This document shows positions 1-13,160 of a stretch of 64,000 nucleotides of DNA, piece by piece. This DNA is from Catajapyx aquilonaris (lineage: Eukaryota): the NCBI GenBank assembly GCA_000934665.2, contig KZ538476.1, positions 1-64,000 of the forward strand, given 5' to 3'. Position numbers and translations under genes: made by a program. The notes beneath the pieces were generated by a model that saw only the letters and a list, made by a program, of their open reading frames with translations, made no database searches and was not told the origin of the DNA. The stretch's first letter is position 1; every line of letters begins with the position of its first letter.

Positions 1-268
1 TTTGGAATGTTTTCCGTTGATTGGGAAAATGTGAAAGTTAGTCCAGCGTGAATAGTGTAACCCACCAGAGAGCAATATTTCAGCAGCGCAATATTAGCCT
101 ATTTGTGTGCAAAGAGTAGTTTATTACAAGGTGACACGCACGAAAAACTTGTCTCCATCAATTTCCGCTATTGATTGGCAACTTCGGACCTGCCAAGTTC
201 ATTTACAGCCCATGTTACATAGGCATCAAACATACTGTAACCCCCGTCATACGTGTCAAATCGCACTC

Positions 269-270
<2 letters not shown>

Positions 271-319
<49 letters not shown>
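271..319. repeat. (TAA)n microsatellite
   Basis: Pure TAA run; explains the poly-N ORF. Confidence 0.98.
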
Positions 320-320
<1 letters not shown>

Positions 321-339
321 TTTCAATAGTCGGTATATC

Positions 340-1060
340 AAAATTTATGGATTTTTCCCTTTATTAATTTATTGTTCGTTTTATTTGCGAACAATTACGT
401 AACGCTGACTTGACCTGACCGGAACAGCAATTATTCGAGATCACCGGTTTGTCTGTACCAAGATTTAGGTGAGATGCTGAGCCTGGCTTGACAAGAACAA
501 CGATTGACCGAGTAATCGACCCACCTGCGGATCCCCCACTGCGTGATTCCAACCGAAGTTCACTTGATTGGAAGTCATGATTTTGGCTTATGGCACACTC
601 ACGTTACTGCGTGGGCTACTCTTGCGTCAATGGTTCCCAAATTGGACGGTGTTATGCAATAATGAGTCAATCCACATGAGAACAGTTTTGAGGAAAATGG
701 CTTTGAAGGTCTTATCTCTGAAATTAATTCAGTGTTCTTTTATGTCATTTATGGCAGAAGTATGCAGATTTCACCAGCGTGCTTTCAACGACTGAATGAA
801 GTACTATCCTTTGAGTGTAGTGGGTTGACCCATTATTGCAGAACACAAATTTAGAAACAAGTGAAAATTTTCCGTAATAGACAATTTTCCGCTATATCGT
901 ACCACATTTGACAAGGAAAAATACTGACTCCGCATTATACAGGTTCCACTATATCGCACAAAAAGACTTATACTTATCTCACTTTCACGATTGCCCAAAA
1001 CCTTCATGACACACATCGTGCAGCCCAGGTAATTAGTATCTCGGCGTACTGTACCACACA
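340..1060 (-). mobile_element. Decayed LINE reverse transcriptase remnant (CR1/L2-like)
   Basis: Minus-strand translation near 430-545 gives VGDPQVGRLLGQSLFL, resembling GVPQGSILGPLLFL; weaker RT-like remnants upstream; many stops and frameshifts. Confidence 0.45.
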
Positions 1061-1439
1061 CCTTATTACCTCACGAGAGAACTAAATGCAGTAATAATTA
1101 TAACATGCATGGGATTATGATCACTGTAAACTGGGCTTACGGGACCTGGTGCAGGAGCTGCGGTGGATATGCAAATGCCTGTGCCTGTAGGCCTAATAGC
1201 GCGTCTTAATATTCACAAGTTACATTTGACTGCCTCGGCAACGCTTGTATAGTGCGCAAGATGCCTTCCGGGGTCAACAAGAGTGCCGCCCTTGATTTGA
1301 AGCACTTCGTGCATTACCTTATCCTATACAATAACCACTTTTGCTGATGTAATTTACAGTGCAGTGTGAATAATGAGATTTCTTAAAAGAACCGCTTTTT
1401 ATGTTTAGTCCATCTCTAGTATGACACGGAGGGTATTAT

Positions 1440-2155
1440 ATGAGGAGGATTATAAGGAGAAAACGCCAGAACACCCAGAATAGAGAGAACCTATTTATGA
1501 AACTATTTTCTCATGAGAAAATCCTTCGTCCGATTCGGGAGTCGAACACTGGACCTCACAAGGGAAGGTCACAGGGTGATAATGACGGATCGCGATGAAA
1601 TTTAACATGCTAATACAGGACAATATATGATACCCAAAAATGAAATATTTCATGCGGAGGCTCATATTTGCAAAAGTTATGACGTCATAAAGTTCCAAAA
1701 ATAATACATTTTCATTCATAATGGGATTACATTAGCGACCACATATAAGACCACATTGAAGTGTGTAATCAGTTTCTACACTTTGTCTCATCGGAAAAAG
1801 TCCTACATAACGGCTCTGTATCTTACGGTTTTAGGCCTTGATACCTGTCCACAGACGGACAGACGGACAGAGCCGCTCTGTAGGACTTTTTTCCGATGAG
1901 AAAAAGTGTAGAAACTGATTACACACTTCAATGTCATTATATGTGGTCGCTAATGTAATCCCATTATGAATGAAAATGTATTATTTTTGGAACTTTAAGA
2001 CGTCATAACTTTTGCAAATATGGGCCTCCGCACGAAATATTTCATTTTTGGGTATCATATATATTGTCCTGTATTAGCATGTTAAATTTCATCAAGATCC
2101 GTCATTATCACCCCGTGACCTTCCCTTGTCAGAGTTGGAAGGCTGCGTTACAGCA
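1440..2155 (-). mobile_element. Degenerate tRNA-derived SINE split by the 1559-2128 insertion
   Basis: Removing 1559-2131 restores minus-strand gccttccaactctgaggtccagtgttcgactccc (B-box GTTCGACTC); resembles the SINE at 27811. Confidence 0.55.
1559..2128. mobile_element. Foldback non-autonomous DNA transposon, ~260-bp arms, 3-bp TSD (TCA)
   Basis: CAAGGGAAGGTCAC...GTGACCTTCCCTTG termini; near-perfect arms ~1559-1820 and ~1867-2128; TCA at 1556-1558 and 2129-2131; cagacgga repeats at the centre. Confidence 0.9.
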
Positions 2156-2299
2156 GTTATTTTTACTCTAGTAACGCTAAAGTTAAATAAAATGAAAATG
2201 ACTTTCACAGAGACATGTGCTGTACGTTTGCATTGGTCGTATATTTCCATTTCATACTCTTTACCCTCTTCCTTCATATCGGTATTGGGTGACCTTAGG

Positions 2300-2790
2300 G
2301 TACATATGCATTGTGGAAACTCGACTTCTGCTCACCGAACGATCAGGGCCAGCAGATACAGGCCTTGGGGTAGACTGGCACTACGCGACCCTGCTGATCC
2401 CGACTGACTACTACCCGCCCGAGTTACCCCACTCTATTGAGCAAGCCCTTCATTTCCATCGCCCTCTCTCAGCCCCTGGGCTCACCTCGAAGGGATGTTT
2501 GGCGCAAGTTGTCCTATGCACTCATCGGTACTCGCATTTACCAACCAGGTTGTGCCAATTCATTTTGTGTACCTATGGAATTGTGCAAATGGGATGCCAT
2601 CATGTGCCCCTTAAAAAGTTTGAATATATTTGTGGAAAGGTTACGGTTGTCCACTGTACTTTTCTCTGGTTGCATCAGTACTAGTCGAGTACTAGTGCAA
2701 AAGTAAAATGGGTGTTTGTCCCTACAGTATACCACCGCATACGTGGGAAGCGCAGGAAGAGGGCGATGCCATCTAGAAGTCCGCCAGTGC
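2300..2790 (-). mobile_element. Possible decayed 3' end of an RTE-like LINE ORF
   Basis: Minus-strand AKHPFEVSPGAERGRW resembles the RTE C-terminal G.R.RGRP..RW motif. Confidence 0.33.
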
Positions 2791-2849
2791 ACAGTGAGTA
2801 GAGCACAATTTTCATAGTCTCATGGACCATCTTAATATTTTGATGTTAT

Positions 2850-3290
2850 CGAATTAATCCATATGTGGTTAGAGTCCAAAGTAGAGGACCGGAAAGTACC
2901 GGGTTTAAATCGCAGGAAAGGTTGCCTCCACCACTCCATACCCGTCCTGAATCCTGTGAGTTAGAGTGAGGGTAATGAGTTGGATGAATATCAGAATCGA
3001 TGACGTTATCGCTAACAGTCCTTGGTACAGTTTGCGAAAGAATGTGATATAATTTTGTGCAATTACGTGAACCTGTTTCAAAGAGGAACTGGAGTATTAT
3101 CACTTTAATTCCAATATTGAAGTCACTGAGGGCTGCAGCTAAAATAGTTCTGGAACAAAAAAGAGGCATGTTAAAGGGGATGGTTGATGATTGTTGTCTC
3201 GATAAATTTTCAGAGTGTTGTGATCTACTTGTAGTTGTGGTATCATTGGTGTCAAATGCAAAACTCCCAAGTTGAAGAACCTTCAATAAC
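2850..3290 (-). mobile_element. Decayed LINE AP-endonuclease remnant
   Basis: ORF 2846-3286 contains ILAAALSDFNI...IHPTH, like IILGDFNI...PTR; lies upstream of the 340-1060 RT remnant on the same strand. Confidence 0.4.
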
Positions 3291-3623
3291 TATAAAGAGC
3301 GAGGTTTTCGTACAGTAGGCCTAATAATACCAGATGAAAAATGACACTCGTGTCAATTTTTCCCTACTTATCCCGTATATAGTAGGCTACCCCCAACTGA
3401 GGTGAGATTTTGATTTGAAATTTTACTCTTTCAAACTTTAAATGCCCACAGAAGGCGTTAAGGGTGCATTAAAATCTTTAAATGTTGACCCCACGTATCG
3501 CTCTAGATGTAGACGATTTTGCATTGAAACAAAAGTAATGCAAAATCGTCTCTTTGAGCTAGTACCTGTAGGCGTAATCTACACCAAAAAGACAATCTGC
3601 TTTACGTTTTCAAAAACATCGTT

Positions 3624-3765
3624 TGTGGTTCGAACCTCGTCGCATGCGGCCAAAACGCTTATCTTCAAGTTCTGCTTCAGTCTCCACTGGTGTCTTGTAT
3701 ACGTGACTCTTGACATGTCCCCACTAAAAAAGTCTCGAGGAGTGAGATCAAGTGATTGCAGACCG
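3624..3765 (+). repeat. Old dispersed repeat (second copy ~16452-16580)
   Basis: Shared gtggttcgaacc...acgtgactcttgacatg...ggagtgagat blocks. Confidence 0.6.
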
Positions 3766-4102
3766 ATCTATCTGTCCGCAAAGTTTAGCTTCAGGTGTTC
3801 AAGCTGCACAACCGAAATGAGCAGGTGCCATATCAATGCTGAAAATACATTTTGTCGGCATATCTCAAGTGGCACATTTTTCAAGAGTTCTGCCAATATA
3901 AGTTGCAGGCCGTATTGAAGTACGGGCCGCTAATTATGCCGGCCCATACATTTACAGAAAAATGCTCCTGGTAGTTGTGAATAACACCAAAACAACGAAC
4001 ACACGAACACGAAGTGGAAACTCTTTCTATATATGAGAGAAACATTTGCCCTGCCCGAAGATCGAACTAGGGACATCAGTGGTAGAAAAGGTTGTGATTG
4101 TA

Positions 4103-4309
4103 CAGGGTGGTCCAAGTTCAAGTGTCGTTTTATAACGGCGATTAATAGCAGGGATTTTGCGATGACGTAGCAGCGACGCGTAAAATGTCCCACATCGGCG
4201 CATCTTCGGCGCAATCGAAGTGGGCAATTTTACACGTCGCTGCTACGTCGTCGTTAAGCGCTTCTATTAATCGCCGTTATAAAACGACACTTGAACTTGG
4301 ACCACCCTG
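4103..4309. mobile_element. Tc1/mariner-type MITE, TA TSD
   Basis: TA|CAGGGTGGTCCAAGTTCAAG...CTTGAACTTGGACCACCCTG|TA; almost wholly palindromic; near-identical copy at 32899-33104. Confidence 0.95.
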
Positions 4310-5187
4310 TATAGTGCCGTCCACATATATAAGTAGGTTTTACAATAATATTCAAAGTGAACAATGCAAAATTCCGCAATATAAAATAATAAAAAAAGAA
4401 ACCGGGAGGAAACGACAGTTATGAAGCGCATAATCGTAATGTTGACGACAATTAGACCGAGCCCGTATTCATAAGTCTTATATTAAATTAATTATAACTT
4501 TGACGGCATCTAGCGGATTTTGGAGTGAATGATTTACATCATTGGTTTCAGGATTGTGGCTCTTTCATGTACACTAGGTTGAATCTAAATGTGAGGGTGG
4601 AGGAAAGTTACAGCCAATATTTAAAATAGAGGTAGAGTGCACATTGGTTGCAAGAACAGCCCTTGATCGATACTTGATGCATGGTTAAAGTATGAATTGC
4701 TGCGTGATAGTGGCAGAACATGCAATTCAATCAGAGGTGTATATTTCTGACGAATTATTAATGGAGTGTGACAGTAAATTTGTTTTCGCATTGTAAACAC
4801 ACTCGTGTTTACAATCTGCTAATATTCACCAAAAACTCTGTCATTGAATGAAATAGAGGAAATATAAATGATTGCGCCACTTCTAGAGCCTACCTATAAA
4901 AAGGGTGTTACTTATACCATAGTCGAAGATCATAGTAAAAAATGTAAAGGGGCAGTAATATCGAGGAACCAACCATATGACCAGACACATTTGCCTGCAA
5001 AAATGTGATTTGTCGCGTACCGTAAATCGTGGTGTTACTGGTTGATTATTTATCATTACATTGTACTTCGGCCTTTCTTTTACTGTGTCATTCATTTATT
5101 TTATGGCATACATACTGCGCTCATCGCCGTATATGCAATAAGCTATAGTGTATAGTTATTGAATGTATGCCTATCGGTTTTAAAATA

Positions 5188-5790
5188 CAGTAAAACCTAT
5201 CAAGTTGGACACCTTAATAAGTTGGCCACTTCTCTATATTGGACATTTTTTGAACCATCAAAAAGCCTATCCCTTGCAATATTGCCAAGTTGGACACCTC
5301 GCTATCTTGGAAGTTGGACACTTTTTTCCTCTTAAGTTGGACACGTACAGTACAATTTTCACATTTACTTTATGTGCATTTTTGTTTTTCCTTAAAATTG
5401 AACCATGCTGAGGTCTGAATACATTTTGTGAAGCATGCCTGAGTCATTTTAGTGCCACAAGATTATTGACCAAATTTTTGCAAATTTCTCTAATTAAGGA
5501 GAGGGTGGTAAATTTAAAACAGTCCCATGTTAGCGATTTTTAAAAAACCAAAAAGTAGGCCTGTTTCAGGAACTGTATGTAGACTGTACTGAAAATAAAT
5601 TAATACATAAACATGCATTGGAAGTTGATTACTGGATGAATACTGTACAGTATTTACTTTGAGTTGTATACTCGACTGTCCTGCACTATGAAACCCGAGA
5701 GATTGATATCCTAATACAGTATGTTGGACACCTCCCTATGTTAGACATTTTAAATGGAACCGTCAGTGTCCAACGTAGACAGGAATATCA
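5188..5790. mobile_element. pogo/Tigger-like MITE, degenerate right end
   Basis: TA|CAGTAAAACCT start; repeated aagttggacac subterminal motifs, inverted (gtgtccaac) near 5766. Confidence 0.6.
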
Positions 5791-6249
5791 TCACGCATGC
5801 CATGAAGATGGAGAAACTGGGGGGAAAACTCTGAAATCAATGACTTTCCAAGAAGAACTTGGTGGGATAAAATACCGAAAGTAAATATTATGCCCGAAAA
5901 AATTAATATGGCTATTTTTTGAGTCGCCTTCTTGCGCTTTTATTGGGCATGAGCAGTAAATGTGTGTATAATAAACACTGTAATTATCATAAGCATGTAT
6001 AGTGAAAAATAATATTAGCCACCGTCGATTATGAAAGTAGGCACAGCGCTCAAACAAGCATCTGTTATACTCACACAGCATTTTACAAGTATTACCCACA
6101 ATTTTCTGACATTGATATTTAACAGTATAATTTCGCCCCAACCTCTATAAGATTATTTAATTTATTTTTAAAGATGCAGTTATTAAAACAGCCTTAGGGA
6201 ATCTGAAGTCTGTGTACTGTAAGCTATCTGCATTTTGAGTCCAAGGTCG

Positions 6250-6900
6250 GCGTTTTATGGGATCTAAACTTCAAAGGGTTATCAGCTCTTAGGCTTTGAA
6301 GTGCACAGCTATATACTGTCTTTTGAACTGCAAAAGTCTATAGCACAAGACAGTCCTCCACATTTCGGCGCCTCTTGTATCATTTCATGCATGCACTCTG
6401 TAGTCCTTTGGGTCAAGAGGATCCGAGAAAGAAAGCCGAAGAAGCTTCCCTTCCGGTTGGAATTGAAGATGCAGACTTGATTTGGTGGTGCACAATCATC
6501 TACTGCGAACAGAGTGCTATTTCTCCCCCCGCTAAATCTTTCACGGGACTTTCATGTAGCGGCCTTCACAGACTTGCAAGGCCTGCTGTTTGACACAGTT
6601 TCAATGGCCACCCCGTAACGTATTCCGATTCTTTCCCGTCGCCCTAGAAATTTGATATCCTGCACGTGTGACCGCCTGAACGACGGTGCAGGAGCACTAG
6701 CGTTCATATGAAAATCGAATCCCATGCAGCATCCTTTGATCTCTCTTTTGTGAATTTGCATACGAGAGATGCTTCTTAAATGTAATCAGGGTTGCACCTG
6801 CACGTTTGCTATTTGACATAGATGAGGATGCAAAATCTGCACAAATATCAGATGGCTGGTCAACAAAAGGATTGTTTTCATTGGGTGCAGCTTGAAATTT
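6250..6900 (-). mobile_element. Decayed LINE RT remnant
   Basis: Ordered minus-strand remnants: LITFKKHLS (~FIDFKKAFD), GIRYGV (~GVPQG), TLFAVDDC (~LFADD). Confidence 0.4.
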
Positions 6901-6904
6901 TAGG

Positions 6905-7175
6905 TAGGGCTGTGCGATATCCGAAATTACATATCGACTTTCGATACTTAAAAAATATCGAATAGAAGTCGATATATCGAAAATCGAAAAGCCGACATAT
7001 CGAAAACCGACATCGAAATAACCGACATCGAAAAATATCGAAAACCGACATCGAACCGACATCGAAAAATTGCGATATTCGATACATCGAACATGCCAAG
7101 CGTCGGATATCGCAACCTCTATATTAGGAAAATATCGTATCGACTGTCGATGTATCGAAATATCGCACAGCCCTA
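6905..7175. mobile_element. hAT-type MITE, 8-bp TSD
   Basis: TIR TAGGGCTGTGCGATAT/ATATCGCACAGCCCTA; flanks attttagg (6897-6904) and atattagg (7176-7183); interior of repeated atcga/ccgac motifs. Confidence 0.9.
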
Positions 7176-9499
7176 ATATTAGGTCTAAACTTATAAGGTG
7201 CAATAATGTGCAATTTTGGTATAACAATGGTGTTGGTTGCAATTGAGATATTTTAATTTAAATCTGTTCAAAAATTACTTATTTTTATGTCTTAGTGTAA
7301 GTTATATGTGAATAAGGTTCAGCTTAACCTGCTAGATATTCCGGTAAAAAAAAAGCTTTATACGGTAGCAGAGGCATGAGGCATGGAGCTAAAATAGCAC
7401 AGGCAGAGCGGTATTGGAATATTTGTTCAGAATGGGGGGGCTGTAAATACTTTACCGTGTTTCAAAAGGAAACATTCCAGCGAATCAAACTTTGAAGCAG
7501 AAAAGAAACGAACTTGGCGCAGAATGAAGTAGTAAGAAGAAATGTGTGGTCGGGAAGTCTTTCTTTTCTTCTACCGCCCCCCATCTCACGAACCATATCC
7601 TATTTGCTTTCAATCAAGTTTTCTACTTATATCCTACTCTCTTCGCCCATGTAGTCATTGTTAGTATAGCAAACATTAGCGGTTATTTCTTCATTTTAGA
7701 TCTGGCTTGTGCAGGGAAAGTAATCAAAGTTGTGTTTAGTATAAACATAAAAGTAATTATCCCGTGTTTGTAATTATACGGCTTCTTATAAGCCAAATTG
7801 TGTTAGAACTCTTCCTGCCGGAATGCAGATTGCTGAGGATGCTGTCAAGCCTTAGGGGCACACTATGAAATATGCAGAAGAGTCCAGTCTAGTTGAAACT
7901 ACTAGACACAGGCAGTGTTGTTAGAGGAAGAATGCCATACGTGCACGAATTATGAATACCGGCATGTAAGCACAAGCTTGTAAACTGTGTGCTCCTAATG
8001 GCGAACAAACCCCTAAAGTGTTGTACAGTAAGCATATGCATTGCAATAAAAGTAGCCAACTACAGGCCTCGGAGCAATAGAAAAAAATGTATGTCATAAC
8101 ATAAACAAGCAAACTGCAAATTCTGCGCTACAGGAACATGGTTATATATATAACATTTTATATATGCCATTTTATGCTAATTATGTTGGGGTTGGTGGAT
8201 GTGACAAAATTATCTGAATTGTGTATGCTCATGTGTACCACAAAAATGGCATTGTCAGATTTCATATAACATTCTGCAGATATGCTGAAAAGCATGCTCG
8301 TTGCTCATACTGCTAATTAATTTTTTTTGCCGAAACACATGTACGGGGACGTCATTTTACCGCCAAGGTTAAATGTTGAAAATTTAAATCCTCTGCGGAC
8401 TTGGGCTTGACTATCGACACTAGTAATGCAAACCCCAATTCCCTCCGGCTCCATTTAAATTCTCATCATCACTGGGGATTGCACTCCCTGTTACATGATG
8501 TATCAGTGGCCCATTGACAAGAAGAAGTTATTTGAAGAGTCATGATTCGCCTATCTAGTTTTATTTGCATGGGTGTTATGGTAGTTAGGACGTTATCAGA
8601 ATGAATTAAAAGCCTCTCAACGATAATTATACGCACTCAGAATAGAAAGTGGGGTCTAGGGGCTTTCACATTTTAACACAGTTTCGCCCCCCACCCTCAC
8701 CCCAGGGTGCGAGGCCAATATAACATAGTTGAATCAACCTGTATATTATGGCAGCCTGCTGATGTGAGTGATCATCAAAAAGTGCCAATAACTGGTGTGT
8801 GCCAACATCATGGTGGTTTACCCCTGGAAGGATGATTTAATTTTATACCGTATAACTGTGTTGGTTAGTGAATCTGTATTTACGCATTACTACGCCGTTT
8901 GTAACCGGCTAATCGCCACCAGATGGGGTGCAGCACCATGCCGTCATTGTACCATAAAAATCTCCCAACATAATGGCAATGGAAAGTTTACAACTGGCAG
9001 TTCTGACTGTTTCGCTAGCTTTTCCCCTACCCATCCTTTTAATGCTAAATAATAGCTATTGGCGGTGCAAACAGATCGGGCAGAAGTAGCACAATGAACG
9101 CCTCTAATGCTATGAGTCCATCATGCTTAGCGCAGACAATAGGAAAAGTAAGTCCCCGTAAAGCTGTCCTTCTACCTGCAGATAGCAGACATGAACTGTG
9201 ACGGAAGAAATCTATACTGATACTCGTAGTTAAGCCCACTGTCGTTCAGAGTGTATGGGAGCGCTGTGGAATAATTGCACGATGAATATTAATGGAGCCG
9301 AATGGGACGCAGGTATAGCTATAGCCATTGTGTACCTCGTAGCTATACATGAATAAAATGACAACCTCCTTTAAAAGCACCTAATTATTTTAAAATGTAC
9401 TTTTCATTTTTTAAAAGCATGGTTTCATTAATAATGAATTTGAGTTATTATCGAGCTTGCATAGCCTACATGTCATCATCCTAGTCATTTGCTCAGTCT

Positions 9500-11400
9500 C
9501 GATTAATGTACTGAACACATCCAGTGGGAGGGTTGTCATCGGGTTATGGGCATATATGGCATATGGAATGAAGGGAGGGGGAATGTCTCACACACGTTCA
9601 TATATTTTCACCGCATGGGTTAGGGTGGTACTTATTACATAGATGTTAAAGTGAAATAATTTTCTTTACCATCGTTTAGTACACTCCATTTGCTCGGAGA
9701 ATGCGAGATAAATTGGATGGCCTGGGCAAACGTTCGCGTTGATTATGAATTTATGCACGAGCACATTTGCCTTGCAAAACCATGGCTTACATGCAGCCCA
9801 AAAAACTATTATCAGCATATTCTGTAGCCTCACGCTATATCTTATTTAGTTGGGTGCAGTGAAGGGCGGGAATGCGAGACGGATCGGGATTCAGTTCAAA
9901 CTCGGGTTATGTCACATCCCTAGCTCTGGGAAGAATCATGACAGCAGCCAACTTTTGTGAGAGGCTGTCCATATACTGTAGGACCGAAAATTAATTTTGA
10001 AGATACTTTCTAGCGTGATGTCATAAACTGTCCAACCTATCATAAAATGCAGGTGATATGAGGATGGATCTATAGTACTAATCTTTGTATTGTTCACGGT
10101 ATGTCTTGCGCCGAATTTACGAACGAAAATTTTCCATCAGCTTATAGTTTCAAATCTCTTAACTGGTCTTAACAAGCCACGTTGCCCGTGGCAACCGGCC
10201 AATTAAAGAACGTTTATATAAGCCAACCTTATTTTCACCCGAGTAATCGGGTATTAGCGTTTATATGCTTATGAGGTGTATTCTGGTATAGCACAGTCAT
10301 TATTTATAGTCTTGCACAATTTTCAAGTACTGCTATAGAAGTCCTTCTCTGCCTTCGAACTATGTTTGTCCTAATCAAGCCCTATAGTAGATAACTGGAA
10401 CGCTGCGCCCACGATGTGACGAAGACAGCTGTCTTCCCCGATTTAATTGGATTACTCAAATTAACCTCCTCCTCCCCCAGTTGTAGCTGGTAAGGCTATA
10501 TAATGCTTCAGGCACTGAATGGGTAGATTATATTATTCTTTTATGAAGGAAAACGTGCAATACTTGCAGGATATGATTGCGTTTCAGAAATAATTTTTAG
10601 TAGACCATACCTTACAAATTTAAAAAAAAACTATGAATTGAATGTTTTTCTCCCGAGCACTTTAATTGGCCATACATGAGGACTGTCTTGATGTGATCAG
10701 AAACATGTGAATAACTTTCCATTGAAACATAAATTAGTAAAGTCTGTGGTATAGGAAGGTACTTAATGTGAAATGGGTGGCCACAATTTATTTCTTCCTT
10801 AACTCGAGAAATAATTTGAGTTCTGGCGACACAAGACCTTTTCCGGTTCGAATATAAAACGCTGCTCCACAAACAAAGCAGCAGCTTCCTTCCTCAAGTG
10901 ACTTCCTTGAATGGCGCCTAAGCAGAAAGCGAAGATTCCCGTCGCCTCGCCTATATTGAAACTTGTATATAACTCGTGCAAAACCGTCAATCCTTTTTTC
11001 CTACAAAAATGGTCTCCTCTGTGTGAAATCAAGTCTGTAATGGTTGCGATTGTAGCTTCTGAAAGCCAGACCTTACAGAGAGAAAATGGCTCTAAGGGGA
11101 AATTTAACATTGCCTAAATCCTGATATTTTTTTTGACGGTATCAAGAAGCCCATTTTCCAGTTCCCAAAACGATTCTTTGTGCGTGTGCCGTGGATCCCC
11201 AAAGGTCACCTGAGGCTTACTTAGGAAGCCCATTACGGAGTTCCTTGCTTCACGGTTTCCTAGAGAAAATTTTGGCTTGAGTACACAAGGACTGTCCTTG
11301 CTTGATGACTTTTTCTCTATTTCTTTTTTTTTTGTCGCGTTCGAATCGTACAAACAATCTGAGACTCTAGGGGGGTTAATGGTGGGAGAAAAAGGAGGTG
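9500..11400 (-). mobile_element. Decayed RTE-like LINE RT region
   Basis: Colinear remnants RKKG...IFAFCL...EQRF, KRSCVARTQII, HSFFLNL, TVNNTKI, YGQPLTKV, QLNKI*R, ACKPW and SRILR follow RTE motif order. Confidence 0.55.
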
Positions 11401-11789
11401 GAATTGTTCAATAATTTTTATTCACAGGAGTGGTATTGACTTGTTGGTTGCAGAAAGGTTCTATTTTCTTCTCCCATGGAATCCGTCAAATTTTTTTGCG
11501 GTTCAGATTTGCTCATAAATGTGCAAACATTTTGAGCGGTAAATATCAGTAGATCAGAGGCGGAAAACAACTTGGAATCCTGTGAGTGACACATAGGAGA
11601 TTTCTTTAGAGGGTTTGGGGGGGAGTTTAAAAATTACGCTACGATAGAAGACTTCTTCGGGTAGCCCTCCTACTCTTTTTTTTATCTTACCTTTTTATTG
11701 ATTATCTATATTTTATATCCTTGCTTGGGGGACAGGTTCTGGTGGGTGTGAAGCGGCTGCGGCCTATTTATTGCCAACAATCTCGACAC

Positions 11790-11935
11790 ACGCCAAGAAT
11801 ATTGACCGAGAAAATCCACGGAACAAGTCGAGGATTGCCGCCAGAAAGAATCGAACCCCGGAGTTTCCCCCCCAAAAATTATATTTTTTTTTGTCCAGAG
11901 GGCGCTGGCATACTCTACCGCGCATTTTCCGCCAC
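11790..11935 (-). mobile_element. Degenerate tRNA-derived SINE fragment
   Basis: Minus-strand B-box-like gggttcgattc followed by ccgtggattttctc core-like sequence. Confidence 0.35.
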
Positions 11936-12834
11936 AACTAACGCTTTCAGGCTAATACGATGCGAACTGATGCGAAACTCTGATAACACTGAGCATCAGG
12001 GCGAATACTGTAGCATACATCCTCGCACGCCGCAAGGTTCTCGAAAATTTTATCAATGCGTCACATCAAATTGCATTTCATGGCATCCTATTTCATTGGG
12101 GCCCGAGCAGCCCTGGAATCTTCCACCCCCTCCCCCAAGGGTTGTGTCGCAATTCGGATCTGCAGGAGTGGGTATTGCTACTACTCCGTTGGGCTGCATT
12201 GTCTCGTAAGAACCATCCCAAAGGATGTGGCTGACACTAAATGATCCAGACGTCTGCGTGCGGAGAAGGGGGCTTGGTTAGGGAAATGCAAACTTAATGC
12301 GGGCTTCACTGCAGTAAGATAGGGTGTGCTTTTCACTTTATTTCCGATTCGTTACGAATGGAAATCCCTGAGTAGCTAATTCGTACCAGTGCTTGGCCAC
12401 ACGGATACCGGTTGAATTTCGTGTGTTAAAAACCGTGTTGGTGAAGTGTGCTTAGAATTTGTTCATTTGCATGTTATTCCCCGTGAATGCTTGATCTGGC
12501 TTACTATTTGGAATAACTTGGAACACCCTGTATAAGGAGCTTATAGTATGCATGGTGGATGGCTGATGCATTGATTCCGTATGGGCATTTAGTTAATCTG
12601 CTTCAACTCATAAAAACGATGATAAATTTTCAATTGAAAATCAGGACCGTGGTGATTAGTAAATCAACCTGCAATGGGAATAATTGATAGTGCGTGTATC
12701 ATTGACTTAGTAGGTCATTATGCGGGAAGTAAACTCTGACCTATTTAAAGCATTATCAGAGTAAGCTTGAAGCCCGGTGACCCTGCGTTAAAATGTGATA
12801 TAATCATTTAGTTTCTGATGATTATTTGAGATAC

Positions 12835-13113
12835 GTAATATAATTCATACCCCGTTATCAGCCATCGGCTCTTTAGGGGGGAAGTTTGCTTTGCCTGGAA
12901 CTCTCCGCTCTTCATTCCACTGCGCTCTTTGGGATAGGATAGGGACGGAAGGAAGCGGCTGTGGCCTATTTACGGAAACAACTCCGGAATTTTCTTGGAA
13001 GGATCGTGGGAAACCACAGAAAACCACGGTCAGAGTTGCCGGCCCCGGGATTCGAACCCAGGACCTCCCGATTAGCAGTCGGACGCCTTATCCACTATGC
13101 CAACCTGCTTCGG
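12835..13113 (-). mobile_element. SINE family A (tRNA-derived head), copy 1
   Basis: B-box GGTTCGAATCC, gactgctaatc (tRNA-Ser GCT-like anticodon loop), core taggccacagccgcttccttcc; TSD ttatttgagatac at 12822-12834 and 13114-13126. Confidence 0.93.
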
Positions 13114-13160
13114 TTATTTGAGATACATTAAAATTGTCACATGCATCTTTCTGAATAATA

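Noticed and set aside
2217..2684. 155-aa plus-strand ORF with a GC3-rich stretch, as a host exon
   Set aside because: No recognisable protein family and no partner exons; the opposite strand resembles an RTE C-terminus. Not fully excluded without RNA-seq.
6330..6761. Minus-strand frame that stays open past a single TGA (selenocysteine or readthrough?)
   Set aside because: The peptide is better explained as decayed RT motifs, and I saw no SECIS-like element.
6940..7160. Short recurring motifs resembling a CRISPR array; 181-aa ORF over them
   Set aside because: Irregular subterminal repeats of a hAT MITE, with no constant repeat-spacer period and no cas genes.
7324..8371. piggyBac-like element bounded by TTAACC...GGTTAA
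   Set aside because: The inverted match does not extend beyond a few bases.
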